A stretch of DNA of 64,000 nucleotides from NCBI GenBank assembly GCA_024679065.1, contig JAGIQG010000004.1, positions 62,620,001 to 62,684,000 of the forward strand, read 5' to 3'. Below the pieces are notes generated by a model. The model searched no databases, had not been told where the DNA came from, and saw only the letters and a list, made by a program, of their open reading frames with translations. The position numbers were made by a program, and so were the translations under genes. Within the stretch, counting starts at the first letter, position 1, and each line of letters begins with the position of its first letter. Source of the stretch: Sphyrna mokarran. Its lineage: Eukaryota. Shown piece by piece: positions 1-11,000 of the stretch.

Positions 1-59
1 ATTTACAGATGATACAAATTGGAGGATTGTCAGAAAATATAGCAGGATATAAATCAAGG

Positions 60-319
60 AACAAAGAACAAGAGCAGCCCTCTCACGACCCATCGCGTGT
101 ATGCCCCCCGTTAGACAACAAGGTGGACAAAAGCACTTGTAGGATAAAAACAAGTACATCAATATCATCATCTATTTACACACTTCCAAGGCTCATGATC
201 CCTACTTTAAATCAGTTTTCTATAACCCTCCATTCCCATTCTGTTCATGTGCCCATCTAAGTATTTCTTAAATAACCCCAGAGTGCCTGCCTCCACCACT
301 TTATTTGGCAGCGCATTTC
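60..319 (-). mobile_element. Internally deleted copy of the CR1/V-SINE chimeric retroposon
   Basis: Reverse complement matches 766-1026; the (CAAAGAA) tail joins directly to the middle segment. Confidence 0.75.
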
Positions 320-765
320 AGTTTACTGTATCGTGAATCTCTGTTTTATATCCCTGTCATGTTTTGTCTCAATACACACGTCCCCTTCCAAATCCCGCCT
401 ACCCTTCAACACTGAGCCATCAGTCTCTCGTTCTTAGCTTTGCTACATTTCTGTTGTAATCTGTTCCAGATGCATTATCATATCAAACACATATTCCTTC
501 TCTTTAGTTCCGAATCGGAATCAAACGAACTCTAAACGTTAACTCTGCTTGTTCTTTCTCCAGAGGCTGGCAGACTAGCTTAACTTTTCTGTCATTCGCT
601 GTTTTGTTTTGGAGCCCAGCATCCACAACATTTTCTTTATCTTTAGACGTACCCGTAAGGGTGTTCGAACTGCAGAGAGAGTCGTCTTGCAGAGAGACAA
701 TGCAAAAGGCTGACATATTCATACTCATGGAAATGAAGTTTACTGACGAAATTCCAGACATTAAC

Positions 766-1410
766 AAATGCGCTGCCAAGTAAAGTAGTGGAGGCATGTA
801 CTCTGGAGTTATTTAAGAAATACTTAGATGGGCACATGAACAGAATGAGAATGGAGGGGTATAGAAAACTGATTTAAAATAGGGATCATGAGCCTTGGGA
901 GTCCCTGGGAAGTCTGTAAATAGAGGATGATATTGATGTACTTGCTTTTATCCTACAGGTGCTTTGGTCCACCTTGTTGTCTAACGAGGGGCATACACGC
1001 GATGGGTCGTGAGAGGGCTGCTCTTGGATCATTTTCGAGAGTATCCTAGTACTTTACGTCGTTAGTGTACCCTTGACCTGGACCATTTGTTGGGCAACAC
1101 GACATCTCAGTGACTATTGCTGTGCTGTGTAGAGACATGGATTTGGCCCTGTGTCTATGGGAGTTTGCGCATTCTCCCCATGCTTGCGTGGGTTTTCTCT
1201 GGGTGCTCCGGTTTCCTCCCACATCCCAAAGATGTGCTCTTAGGCTAGTTGGCAAAACAAATTCTCCCTAAATTGTCTCAAATTTGGCTTTTAATCCATA
1301 GATCTATAAACATGGACAGGGATCGAGGGTAGAGGTGGGAGCGTTGGGTTGGCGGTGCTGGCTCGTTGGGCGGGGGAGACTGTTTCCCGTGCTGTTTTGT
1401 CCTTTGTTCA
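766..1410 (+). mobile_element. CR1/V-SINE chimeric retroposon copy
   Basis: CR1-like ORF2 end, family-specific linker, V-domain core (GGAGTTTGCGCATTCTCCCC..CTCCGGTTTCCTCCCACA), and tail; homologous to five other copies in the window. Confidence 0.8.
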
Positions 1411-4400
1411 TCCTGCTTCACCAAGACGACAGCCTCTGCAGACGTGGCAGCACATTGAAATGAAGGAGGGCGAGAAGGGAAAGGGGCGCGTGGAGCATTA
1501 TGCTGTCTAAGTCCTCAGCATCGACATTATACGCTAAACGATCTCACTTATTCAGGTAGAAAATTGACCACAAAACCTCTGACCTACTACCATGTACTGT
1601 AACACCTTCACCAACCCCATCTACTTTCGACTATATCACCTCGTCTGATGAATTAGTACTCCACTATGTTGAATACCATTTATCAGAAGAAATCATATTG
1701 GCTAGGGCACTGAACCTAATCTTGTGGAGGATTTCAATGTTCGTCACGAACAGTGGTTCTCTAGCAGCCCAACCTGGCTGAGTTGGTCTGTAGCAACTGC
1801 TGAGAGAGCCAAGAGGACGACAACACACATGATTCCATCCTCACCAACCTGCCTGTTGCACATGCATTTGTCAAAAATATTTGTAGGGATGATAATGGCA
1901 TGGTACTTTTATCTACGAAGTCCAGTCCTCACGTTGAAGCCACCCTCCATCGTGTTGTTTGACACGATTGCCATGGTTAATGGACGAGATTTTAAACTCA
2001 AGTCATCGCATCCATGTGCGCCATTTGTAACAACAGAATTGCATTTAGCCAGAATCTGTAATCTCATGGCCAACGTAACCCACACTCTACCATTGTTTCC
2101 AAGCTTAAAGATCATCATGGTTGAATGAAGGGAGCAAGAGGGCATGCCATGAACAACAAGCACATGGTGTCTGCTGAGTCTACCATTCTGCCTATAACCA
2201 GCAGCATTTGGTATCGATCGTCTTCATTGCTTGCACGTTTCTGGGCTTTTTAATAGGCTTATTATGTTGAAAATATGCCTCTTTTATCCCAGTACCCATC
2301 ACTAATTTGTAACCAAAATGCAGTTTCTCTAATCCAGACATTCAAGAACAAAGTTGGATGCCTCCTCACTTACAAAAATCATTACAGTTCATCATGAATT
2401 TCTAATGATTGTTCCTTTAATGGAATTGCTGTGAAATTCAACAATGTTCAATATGCAGCACTTGGTGAAATGTTATCTGCAAGGAGATATTATGAAAATC
2501 AATCATCGACCCCCTCAGATATTATGCCAACTCTGTTAAGTTTGCCTTCAACCAACCAAATTTACATCCAATCAACTTTTCTTAAAACCCAACATTTTCC
2601 TGTTTTTTTTTTCAAAGTTTTCTACACTATTTGAACCGCGATAGATGCTGCCTCTAGCTTTCTCACGTTTTTAAACAACTCAGCAATGTCTGCATTCATC
2701 CAAAACTGTAAAGCCATTTCCAATGCAGCATTGTATTGGACACCAGACTGGGAAACCCAAAAGATCTTTGGGTAAAATATTCTTGAGTACCAAAGGCAGA
2801 TGAGACCTAACGTGATGCATTTACTGGCTAATTTCATCGACTGGAATTCGTTTTTTTTTAATTCTGCCAGTATTTCTTTCAATAATGCAATTTTATTTAA
2901 TTGGTTCAGAATTTAGTGTAAACTGTTTGAGAGATTCGGGGGAACAAAGAAGGGGAAGCTCTGATGATCACGAAGACGTACACGCCATGAAAGAAGGTAT
3001 ATAGTGATTGAATAAACTATTACATACAATTTGAATAAAGTGCCGATATTATTATAAATGGATAGTATCTGTAGTTTTAATCTGTGTCTCATTTTAATAG
3101 TTTAATACAGTTTCTCAGGGCCCTCGAAGTTAATGAAAAGTGGGACCCCAACGAGAGAAATGAATTTGATAAGTCAGTGCAGCTTGTTAACAAACGTTGA
3201 TTCATTAGTTAGCATCATCAGCTCCTAAAAATGGGAACATTCAACTTTGTCTCCTGTAGATAAACACGGCGGAGCTTTTCTCTTTGCCCCGGTCTCTGAT
3301 ACTGCAAAGGTTGTGCTCAGAATTATAGCGATGATGGTAATACTGAAGATTCTGGTCAGACGTTGAGAAATAGATGAATCTGATGATAAGACGTTAGAGA
3401 TCCTGGTTCACAACTGAGGTCTAATGCCTAAATATGCTGTGGCAGAAAAATATTAATGGTGTAAGCTGGGATCGAGATGTTCAGAGCAATTTTGATTGCA
3501 CTGAGTGTATTGTCATTCTCGGACCTATTGTTGAAGCGAGTACAGAATCTAAACTGAAAATGCATATCAGAAAACATCACCAAGTATGAATGTTAAACTC
3601 AACTTACTTTTGTTTCCGGCGATAGCAAAAGGCATGGTGTGAATTCTGTAAATTATGTGCTGCGAATATTTGACTGCGCAGGGAGGGCGGGAGATGGTGG
3701 CGGGCGACTATGGGATAGAGATCGTAAACATGGAATATAAATTTAACAGGAGAACACAGAACCAGAACGTGCTGGCGATGGTCAACGCTCAGATAGTATT
3801 TGTGGATATAAAGAAAAAGAGAATTAATGTTTTAGATAAAAGCAGTTTACTGCGTTTGCTGGAATCCGAAACAAAAACAGAAAATGCTGGACGATCTCAG
3901 CAGGCCTAATACCATCTATTTGATAGCCTGACAGATGGCGCCAGACCTGCTGAGATCTTCCAACATTGTCTGTACAGATAATGCTTGAGATATATTGTAT
4001 CTCAGGAAAGATAACTCAGTTTTGATATCCACATATAATGCTTGATCTGCTGAGTATTTTCTACAATTTCGGCTTTTATTTCACAATTCCAGCATCTGCA
4101 GTACTTAACATTCGCTAGTAATAGGCAATGTGCTGTCTTCTAATAATTATCCCTTTTCTTGCACAAGTAGAACCGGATGTTACATTTTTATTGCCCATCA
4201 TCTGCCACTTTACTTCAAGTTGGCTATGTATTGGAGGAAACATCGCACGTGATGCAATTGATCATTTATGTATTTTCTTTCTCTAAAAAAACAGAAGGAC
4301 TACTAAAGAAATGGCCGGCCAGTTAAAGATCCATGTCAGTTTCAGTATTGGGGAATAGGCTGCCATGTCAATGAACTGAACGCTTACACCATAGGTATAA

Positions 4401-4489
4401 TGATGATCTCATGATATAGAAAATGCTCCTGCTCAATGTGAGCGCAGAGTAAAACATGCTGAGTTAATAGTTACTGGATTTTCCTTCTA

Positions 4490-5810
4490 ATTATGGACGT
4501 GTGGTCAGCGTCCCATCAAAAGGGCAATAATAGCGGAGTCGAGGCAATCCTCCAGCTCTCGCAGATAGCGTTCTAATTTTTGCGTTTCTTGTGTCGGTTC
4601 GGTAGCTATTCAGCCACCAGAAGAGATACAGAGCTCTGTTATATGATCACCCCTTAGCACCAACCATAAATCTTTGCCTGCTCTCGGTATATTGACCGGG
4701 TCAGCTCACTGGCCGCTTTTCTTACTTCTTCAAACTCCGAGAATCCCTACGAAAAAAGAAATCATCTGAAATAATCCAATTCGGGCCTGGAAAAGTTCTT
4801 GATTGACTCGAAGTCTCCTTCTGCAAGTGAATGAAGGATTGTCTGACTTCCATTCACAGCATTAGCACCTGATAGTCTCAGCCGCCGATCCGTTGGGGAC
4901 TGCCTGTCGAGACGCCTTGGCAACTCCTGCTGCACAAATTGAACAGCCAGAGCTTTTACTTGTTAACTTAATCGAAACCATAATCGGCATGTGACTCTTG
5001 ATATCTTTGTACTTCAATTGGTGTTAATGAGACGACGCCAATTCGTAATTGGTTCAGGGATTGTGCGATCTCTATGTGAGTCCAAACCGGTATGATCAAT
5101 TTCTAATAGCCTTCTCGAGTCTGATGGTCGTCCGCTGCTATTATTTCCAATTTTCCCCTGACAGATCCACTATGTTGTCAACTGCTTGTTGGATCATCTC
5201 TGTCCTGGTGTGCACACCATCGGGAAAACAAGAATGTTTCCCATAAACCAATTATGAATGAACGTCGTCTCATTAACACCAATTGAAATACAATGATATC
5301 AAGAGTTACATGCTGATGATGGTTTCGAATAAGTTAACAAGTAAAAGTTCTGGCTGTTCAATTTGTGCAGCAGGGGTTGCCAAGACATCTCCACAGTGAG
5401 TCCCCAACGGATCGGCGGCTGAGACTATCAGGTGCTAATGCTGTGAATGGAAGTCAGACAATCCTTCATTCACTTGCAGAAGGAGACTTCGAGTCAATCA
5501 AGAGCTTTTCCAGGCCCGAGTTGGATTATTTCAGATAATTACTTTCTTCGCAGGGATTCTCGGAGTTTGAAGAAGTAAGAAAACCGGCCAGTGAGCTGAC
5601 CCGGTCAACATACCGAGAGCAGGCAAAGATTTATGGTTGGTGCTAAGGAGTGATCATATAACAGAGCTCTGTATCTCTTCTGGTGGCTGAATAGCTACCG
5701 AACCAACACAAGAAACGCAAAAATTAGAACGCTGTCTGCAAGAGCTGGAGGATTGTCTCGACTCCGCTATTATTGTTCTTTTGATGGGACGCTGACCACA
5801 CGTTCATAAT
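4490..5810. repeat. Long inverted repeat: arms ~4490-5060 and ~5239-5810, spacer ~180 bp
   Basis: Direct reverse-complement comparison; for example, 3 mismatches in 120 bp for 4621-4740 versus 5561-5680. Confidence 0.95.
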
Positions 5811-5899
5811 CGGCAAACGCAGCGTACGACAGACCCCCTTCGATCTATGCTAATTGTGGTGAGCCCCTCTGCCTCCCCATGGAAATGTCGCTTTCATTC

Positions 5900-6660
5900 C
5901 GGTCCAGCGGCATCTGAGTCGCTGTTGGCGGGAATTAGCGCTCAGAACAAGTAAGAGGAAACAACATTTTAAGTCCGCCCACCAGAACCCAACAGAATTT
6001 CTGCAAGTACCAGTTTTTTTTTTAACCAGGAGCTGCTCTATGTTTCTTAGACGATATTCGAAACCGTGGAGGAGAAAAGGGCTACCCTCTTTCCAAAGGT
6101 CATGTCATGACTAGTTCATATTCCAGCAGAAGCTATGATGACATGGCTGAGGAAGTAATCTCTAGCATCATTAACAGGTGGACCTTACAAATGCCACAGG
6201 TAGATGAATATCCTACTCCGACTGTGGTTAGTCCCTATTACCTGCTGCTGGCATCACTCCCATCGGTAAGCTTTGGCGTTTCACCTTAAATCCCTAAAAA
6301 CATCAAACGCACGAGCTCCACTCCTCTCCTTCAGATTCCTGCCATGAAATCCCCATCAAAATACCCTCAAAGGTTCGGCGCAGTGCTCACACGTGTATTC
6401 CATCACCTGGCACCTCGCCATACCGCAATCTGATAATGCCGTTAGCGTGTCTTCATCAGCTAAGATATCCCGCAGCTGCAAGGAACGTATCAGACGGGTG
6501 TTGACATGGTTATTCTTCGGGTCCTCACTCCCATTGAGGAAAGGGGCCTGGAAATAATGGGGTAAGGCCCAAAGCGAGATGTGGTAAGACGTTAGTTCGG
6601 AATACCCCGCCGAATTGTAGACTTTAATGCACCTTTATCCACTATCTCAAGTGAATCTAT
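5900..6660 (+). mobile_element. Highly decayed Harbinger-like relic (Myb-like trace)
   Basis: TVEEKRATLFPK at ~6063-6098 resembles the Harbinger Myb/SANT N-terminus; flanks are GC-rich. Weak. Confidence 0.3.
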
Positions 6661-7350
6661 CATTTCCCAGGAACTTGATATTCGCCAACGGTAACACCAT
6701 GTTTTTATTGTTCCAGGATCTCCATCAGTGAAACAGAATCAACTGAAGAATTTATCCTGTTAAACATGTGTTATGGCTATTTGGCGATCGAATTCTAGGC
6801 TCCAGAATTTGAAGAATTCGAAGTTAATGGACATTTAAACTCGCGTGACAATGGTCATGTTTAACAATAGAAAGCTGTGATATCAGATTTTCATCTATTA
6901 AAATAGAGGCAGAATATCCAGGAGGGAGTTGGAGGGGAACTGTGCTTGTAAAAGAACAGTGTGTGAACAATAAAAATATGAGATGCTGAGACAGGCAGGT
7001 AAGTGATTCAGTGAGCCAAAAACAATGACACTTGGCATTTAGTTTGACTGGCAGTCAATATGAAAACTGGATAATTCTAGATGATTACTTGTACGAGCAT
7101 AAAATTGGAACAATATCTGGACGCAGCAAAGGTTTATTTTTGACGAATTAGCAGACTGCTGATTCGCCATTTCAGAATATCCGCAGTGAGTGAACAGCTT
7201 TGGAGAGAATTATTGGGCTCAGTCGTGAAATGATGTGGCACCTGCCTCAGGCATGCTAAATCGTTTCGTAACACTATCACAAGCTGAGCACGGGAAGGAT
7301 CATGGATGGAAAACCAATAAAAAAAAGCCTGTGAGGGCAAAAGGCGAATG

Positions 7351-7356
7351 TTTATT
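7351..7356 (-). promoter_or_regulatory. Candidate polyadenylation signal for the receptor gene
   Basis: AATAAA on the minus strand ~520 nt past the stop; a second one lies at 7133-7138. Motif only. Confidence 0.25.
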
Positions 7357-7879
7357 GAACATATTGCAATTTGAAAAAAATGAAAGATACATGGATATTT
7401 TCACGTCACATATCAAAGGAGGAGGTGGGAGAAGTGGGTGGTGGTTTCAATTTTAGCAGAAATAGAGATTTAAACTATTCCTGGAATGATAACCGAGTGA
7501 AATCCAAATTCAGGTGAGAAAATACGATGAAATATTAGCAAATTTAAGGAGCGAATCAAGCGTATCATCTCTGGATATTGGTAGAGCAAAGTTTAGATAA
7601 TCTATTAAAATTATAAGTAAATAAGAGTAGAAAATGAAGCAGAAAATTATTTTCCTTTCATGTTATCCATATATGTGGAATGGCTAGAACTCGAAAATCC
7701 GACGACGGAGAAGCATGGTCAAAAACGATGGAGATCCATGCGTGGAGTGAATTTCAAGTCAAACAGAAAATCCACAATTAACATTTGTAGAAAAATCCAT
7801 CTATACTTTTCAAAAAATGTCAAAGGCTTGACCGAGGGAAAGATAAACTCATCGCTCAAAACGTCCTTGTTTGCCTAAC

Positions 7880-8008
7880 TTAACCTTTCGTTTTCAACGC
7901 TGCGTATGTTAACCCTGTTTCTCGGAATGTTGTTTTCGACGATGACTTGGGACCTGCCAGATTCAGAGCAACGTAAGTCAGTTTGCTCTCAGCGGTGCTC
8001 TGTATGGT
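7880..8008 (-). CDS. Terminal exon with ITIMs LTYVAL and LTYAAL
   Basis: TIQSTAESKLTYVALNLAGPKSSSKTTFRETGLTYAALKTKG*; acceptor tttacAG. Confidence 0.87.
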   Translation of the reverse strand, partial: TIQSTAESKLTYVALNLAGPKSSSKTTFRETGLTYAALKTKG

Positions 8009-11000
8009 CTGTAAATCAACGGCAGGGAGTATTTTACTATTTGTTAAATTAAATTGTATCGAAATTGCATCAAATTGATTTTCAATATAATCTCAAAAGC
8101 ACATTGTAATAGAGAAGGTTAAAGTTTCCACGTGCGAACTGAGAATTACCTCTGCATATACCGTCTGTTCTCTGTTTTGTTTCGGCATTTCGCCTCGCTT
8201 GGAATCGGTCAGATGAAGAGCAGCATACATCAACTTGCTTTCGGCTGAATTCAGTTCCTCCTAGGGATTCAATGTTTACTATTCAGTAAGTTTCATCTTT
8301 CGGACACAAGATCTTGCATACATGCATATAAATTAGAAGCAGAAGCAGGCCGCTCAACATCTAAAACCATTTTGCTATTCCTTAAAACATGTTTGGTCTC
8401 AGTGTGGCCTCAATTTCACTATTCTTTCTATTCCCTGAATCTCCAAGCCTTGCAAACTGTCCTAATTCAGTAAGCTCCGCATCTACAAATTTCAGTACGC
8501 CTCTAATCTCCGATATTTCCTTGGCATTTCCCAGCCATTATTCACAATTTTTTTTTACTTTTGTAAAACAAAAGCAAATAAGCATTTTTTTTTTTAGTTT
8601 TCTCCCTTGTCAATCAAAAAAAGTCAATCTTAAAGTAATTGAATGAATATGTCTTTACCGCTCTCTGATTAAATCAATTCTACAGATGAGTGACCCGTTG
8701 ACAGAGAAACAAATCAAATCTCCTCATCATTGTCTTAAATGGTAAATCATGTTTTTTTTTTAACAGCATCATGTAAATTCACCTTTTGTTGCAAATTATC
8801 ACATTCTTGCAACATCCGTCCTGTCAATACAACTCAGCATTTTTTTACGTTTCAAAATATTACTTTGTCTTCTAAAGTGAATAGTGTACCGGTCCAATCA
8901 GTTAAAAATGGTTAAGTAACACGTTCACCTCAGCAATCAATGTAGTGAGACTTCTCTTAATTATTTGAACAGAAATTATTTTATTTCTTAATGAAGGACC
9001 AAAGCTGCATCCAATACTTCTGGGCAGGAATTTTACCGACTCGCCCATCCCGATTCCGGGGACGGTCGCGATTCGGAGGGCGGCTTCCTCCTATGGCTTC
9101 GAGCGAGATAGTACATCCGAGTCTAAAATAACTTCGCACACATATAAAAAAATGTTATTTTTTTTTATCCTGATTGCTATTTTTTATCCTGATTCATTGC
9201 TAAATGAATAAATTCACCATTTCTCGCGTTATATACCATCTGTCATCTTTGCACAGACTTTACCTATCCGTGACCCATATTTTCTCCTTGCCACTTGCTC
9301 ACCCATCTACTTTCTTGCATCAATATCATTAACAACAATGAATGTGGTGTCATCATCCAAGTCGTTGATATCAACTGTAAATAATTGAGGACACATGGCG
9401 CTACAATTGACACTAGATCTTTTTTCAACCAGATAAAAGTCCAAAATGTGCCTACTCTATGTTTCCTGACAGCTAGGTAGTCCTTGATAGATGCTATCAC
9501 CTGTATTAAGTGAACTTCCTATGTGTAACCTTTAATGTAGATCATTATGTAATGCCTTTTTGAAATCCAGATATAGTAAATCTACAGGTTCGGTTTTATT
9601 CACGTTGCTTGTTACTTTCTCAAATAACTCATACATTATGTAATGCACACACACAAAAAAATCCAGACAACAACCCCATGTTTACTCTGCTAACCACTAT
9701 CAAATGTTAGTGCCCTGTTACAAATCCTTTTTTAATAGATTCCAGCATTTCGTCAGTGGCAGATGTTAAGCTAAGTGCCCTGTAGTTTTGGAATTCTGTT
9801 TCCCTACGTTCTTGAACAAAGGAGCTACATTAGCTGTTTTATTCAACTCTAATTTGTCGCTGCCAGAATCAAGGAAATTTTGAAAACTTAAATCCATCTC
9901 ATCCGTTATCTCAGCAGTTACTTATTGTATGATCCTCGCAACAGTTGCATTACGCTTTAGAATTTTCAGATTTTTCGTTATATTATTTTTTTCGACAGCA
10001 TCATCCTGCTGAAAGTAGTCGTTTTACTTCTTGTTTCAGTTTCGCATCGAGAGATCCAATTATTTCTGGCATGTATTTTGAATCTTCTGCAGTGATATCT
10101 GTTCCATTGATTCTGCTTTCGCTTGATTGATATTATTACTTCGTCGGACTCGCTCTTCGAACGTTGCTTTTATATATGCTTTTTATATGTCGTTGCTTTT
10201 ACAACACGTGTAGAAACTCTTCCGATGTGTGCTGCATATTCATAGCTAACGCTCGGTCCTGCTCTGATGTTTCACTTCATTTTTACCATTATTCGCTGAA
10301 ATTTATGTAACTTGTTCGTCTAATCCGCCAGTAATCTTAAGGGAATTGATTTTGTTTATTTGAATTTGATCCCATTGATAACTTCCTTAGTTAGCTTCGG
10401 ATGATATGTCCATCCCCTCGAGATTTCTTTTCTTTCTGACTCAAATGACTGAGAATTAGAAAGCATCTCCTTAAATGTCTGATAAAAGCATAACAACTTT
10501 GATGCTAGAATAACAACAGAAAATGCTAGAACATCTTAGCAGATTGACAGCATCCGTAGAGAGAAAATAGAACCAAATCTAGGTCACCGTTCGTCAGAAG
10601 CTCTGACCCCTTGTCAACCACGCCACCGCAGCATTTTTCACTACCAAAACATCGAGTATGGAAATACCAAAGATCAGAGACCATTACGGCACAGAAACAG
10701 TCTTTCGGCCCTCCAAGCTGAAATGTCAGCTTGTGAAAGAGAAAGAAGTGCTGCCTGAAGACTATAAATAGTTTATTTTTTTCTGATTCGCCTAGTGGAT
10801 AAAAAAAAGAGCAAAGAATAACGGATGACCTGATTTTAAACCATGTAAAGAGGAAGGCAATAATACTGCTCTCTACTCTCGTTACCGATTCTACGCTGAG
10901 ATTAGAAATTTGAATTTTATTTGAAATATAAGTGCACTGGCACGTTTTCACCATGCTGCAGCTTGGTTTGCACAACAAATGCAAAGCTGCGAATCTTATC

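Noticed and set aside
2431-2634. ORF containing ITIM-like VQYAAL
   Set aside because: Lies among degraded repeats with no exon context
3608-3645. 38 nt minus-strand segment with strong AG/GTAAGT borders
   Set aside because: No partner exons or recognisable peptide; cannot be supported without transcripts
9021-9120. Tiny MITE with a Harbinger-like left end (GGGCAGGAATTTTAC)
   Set aside because: The right end is too degenerate to define a TIR pair
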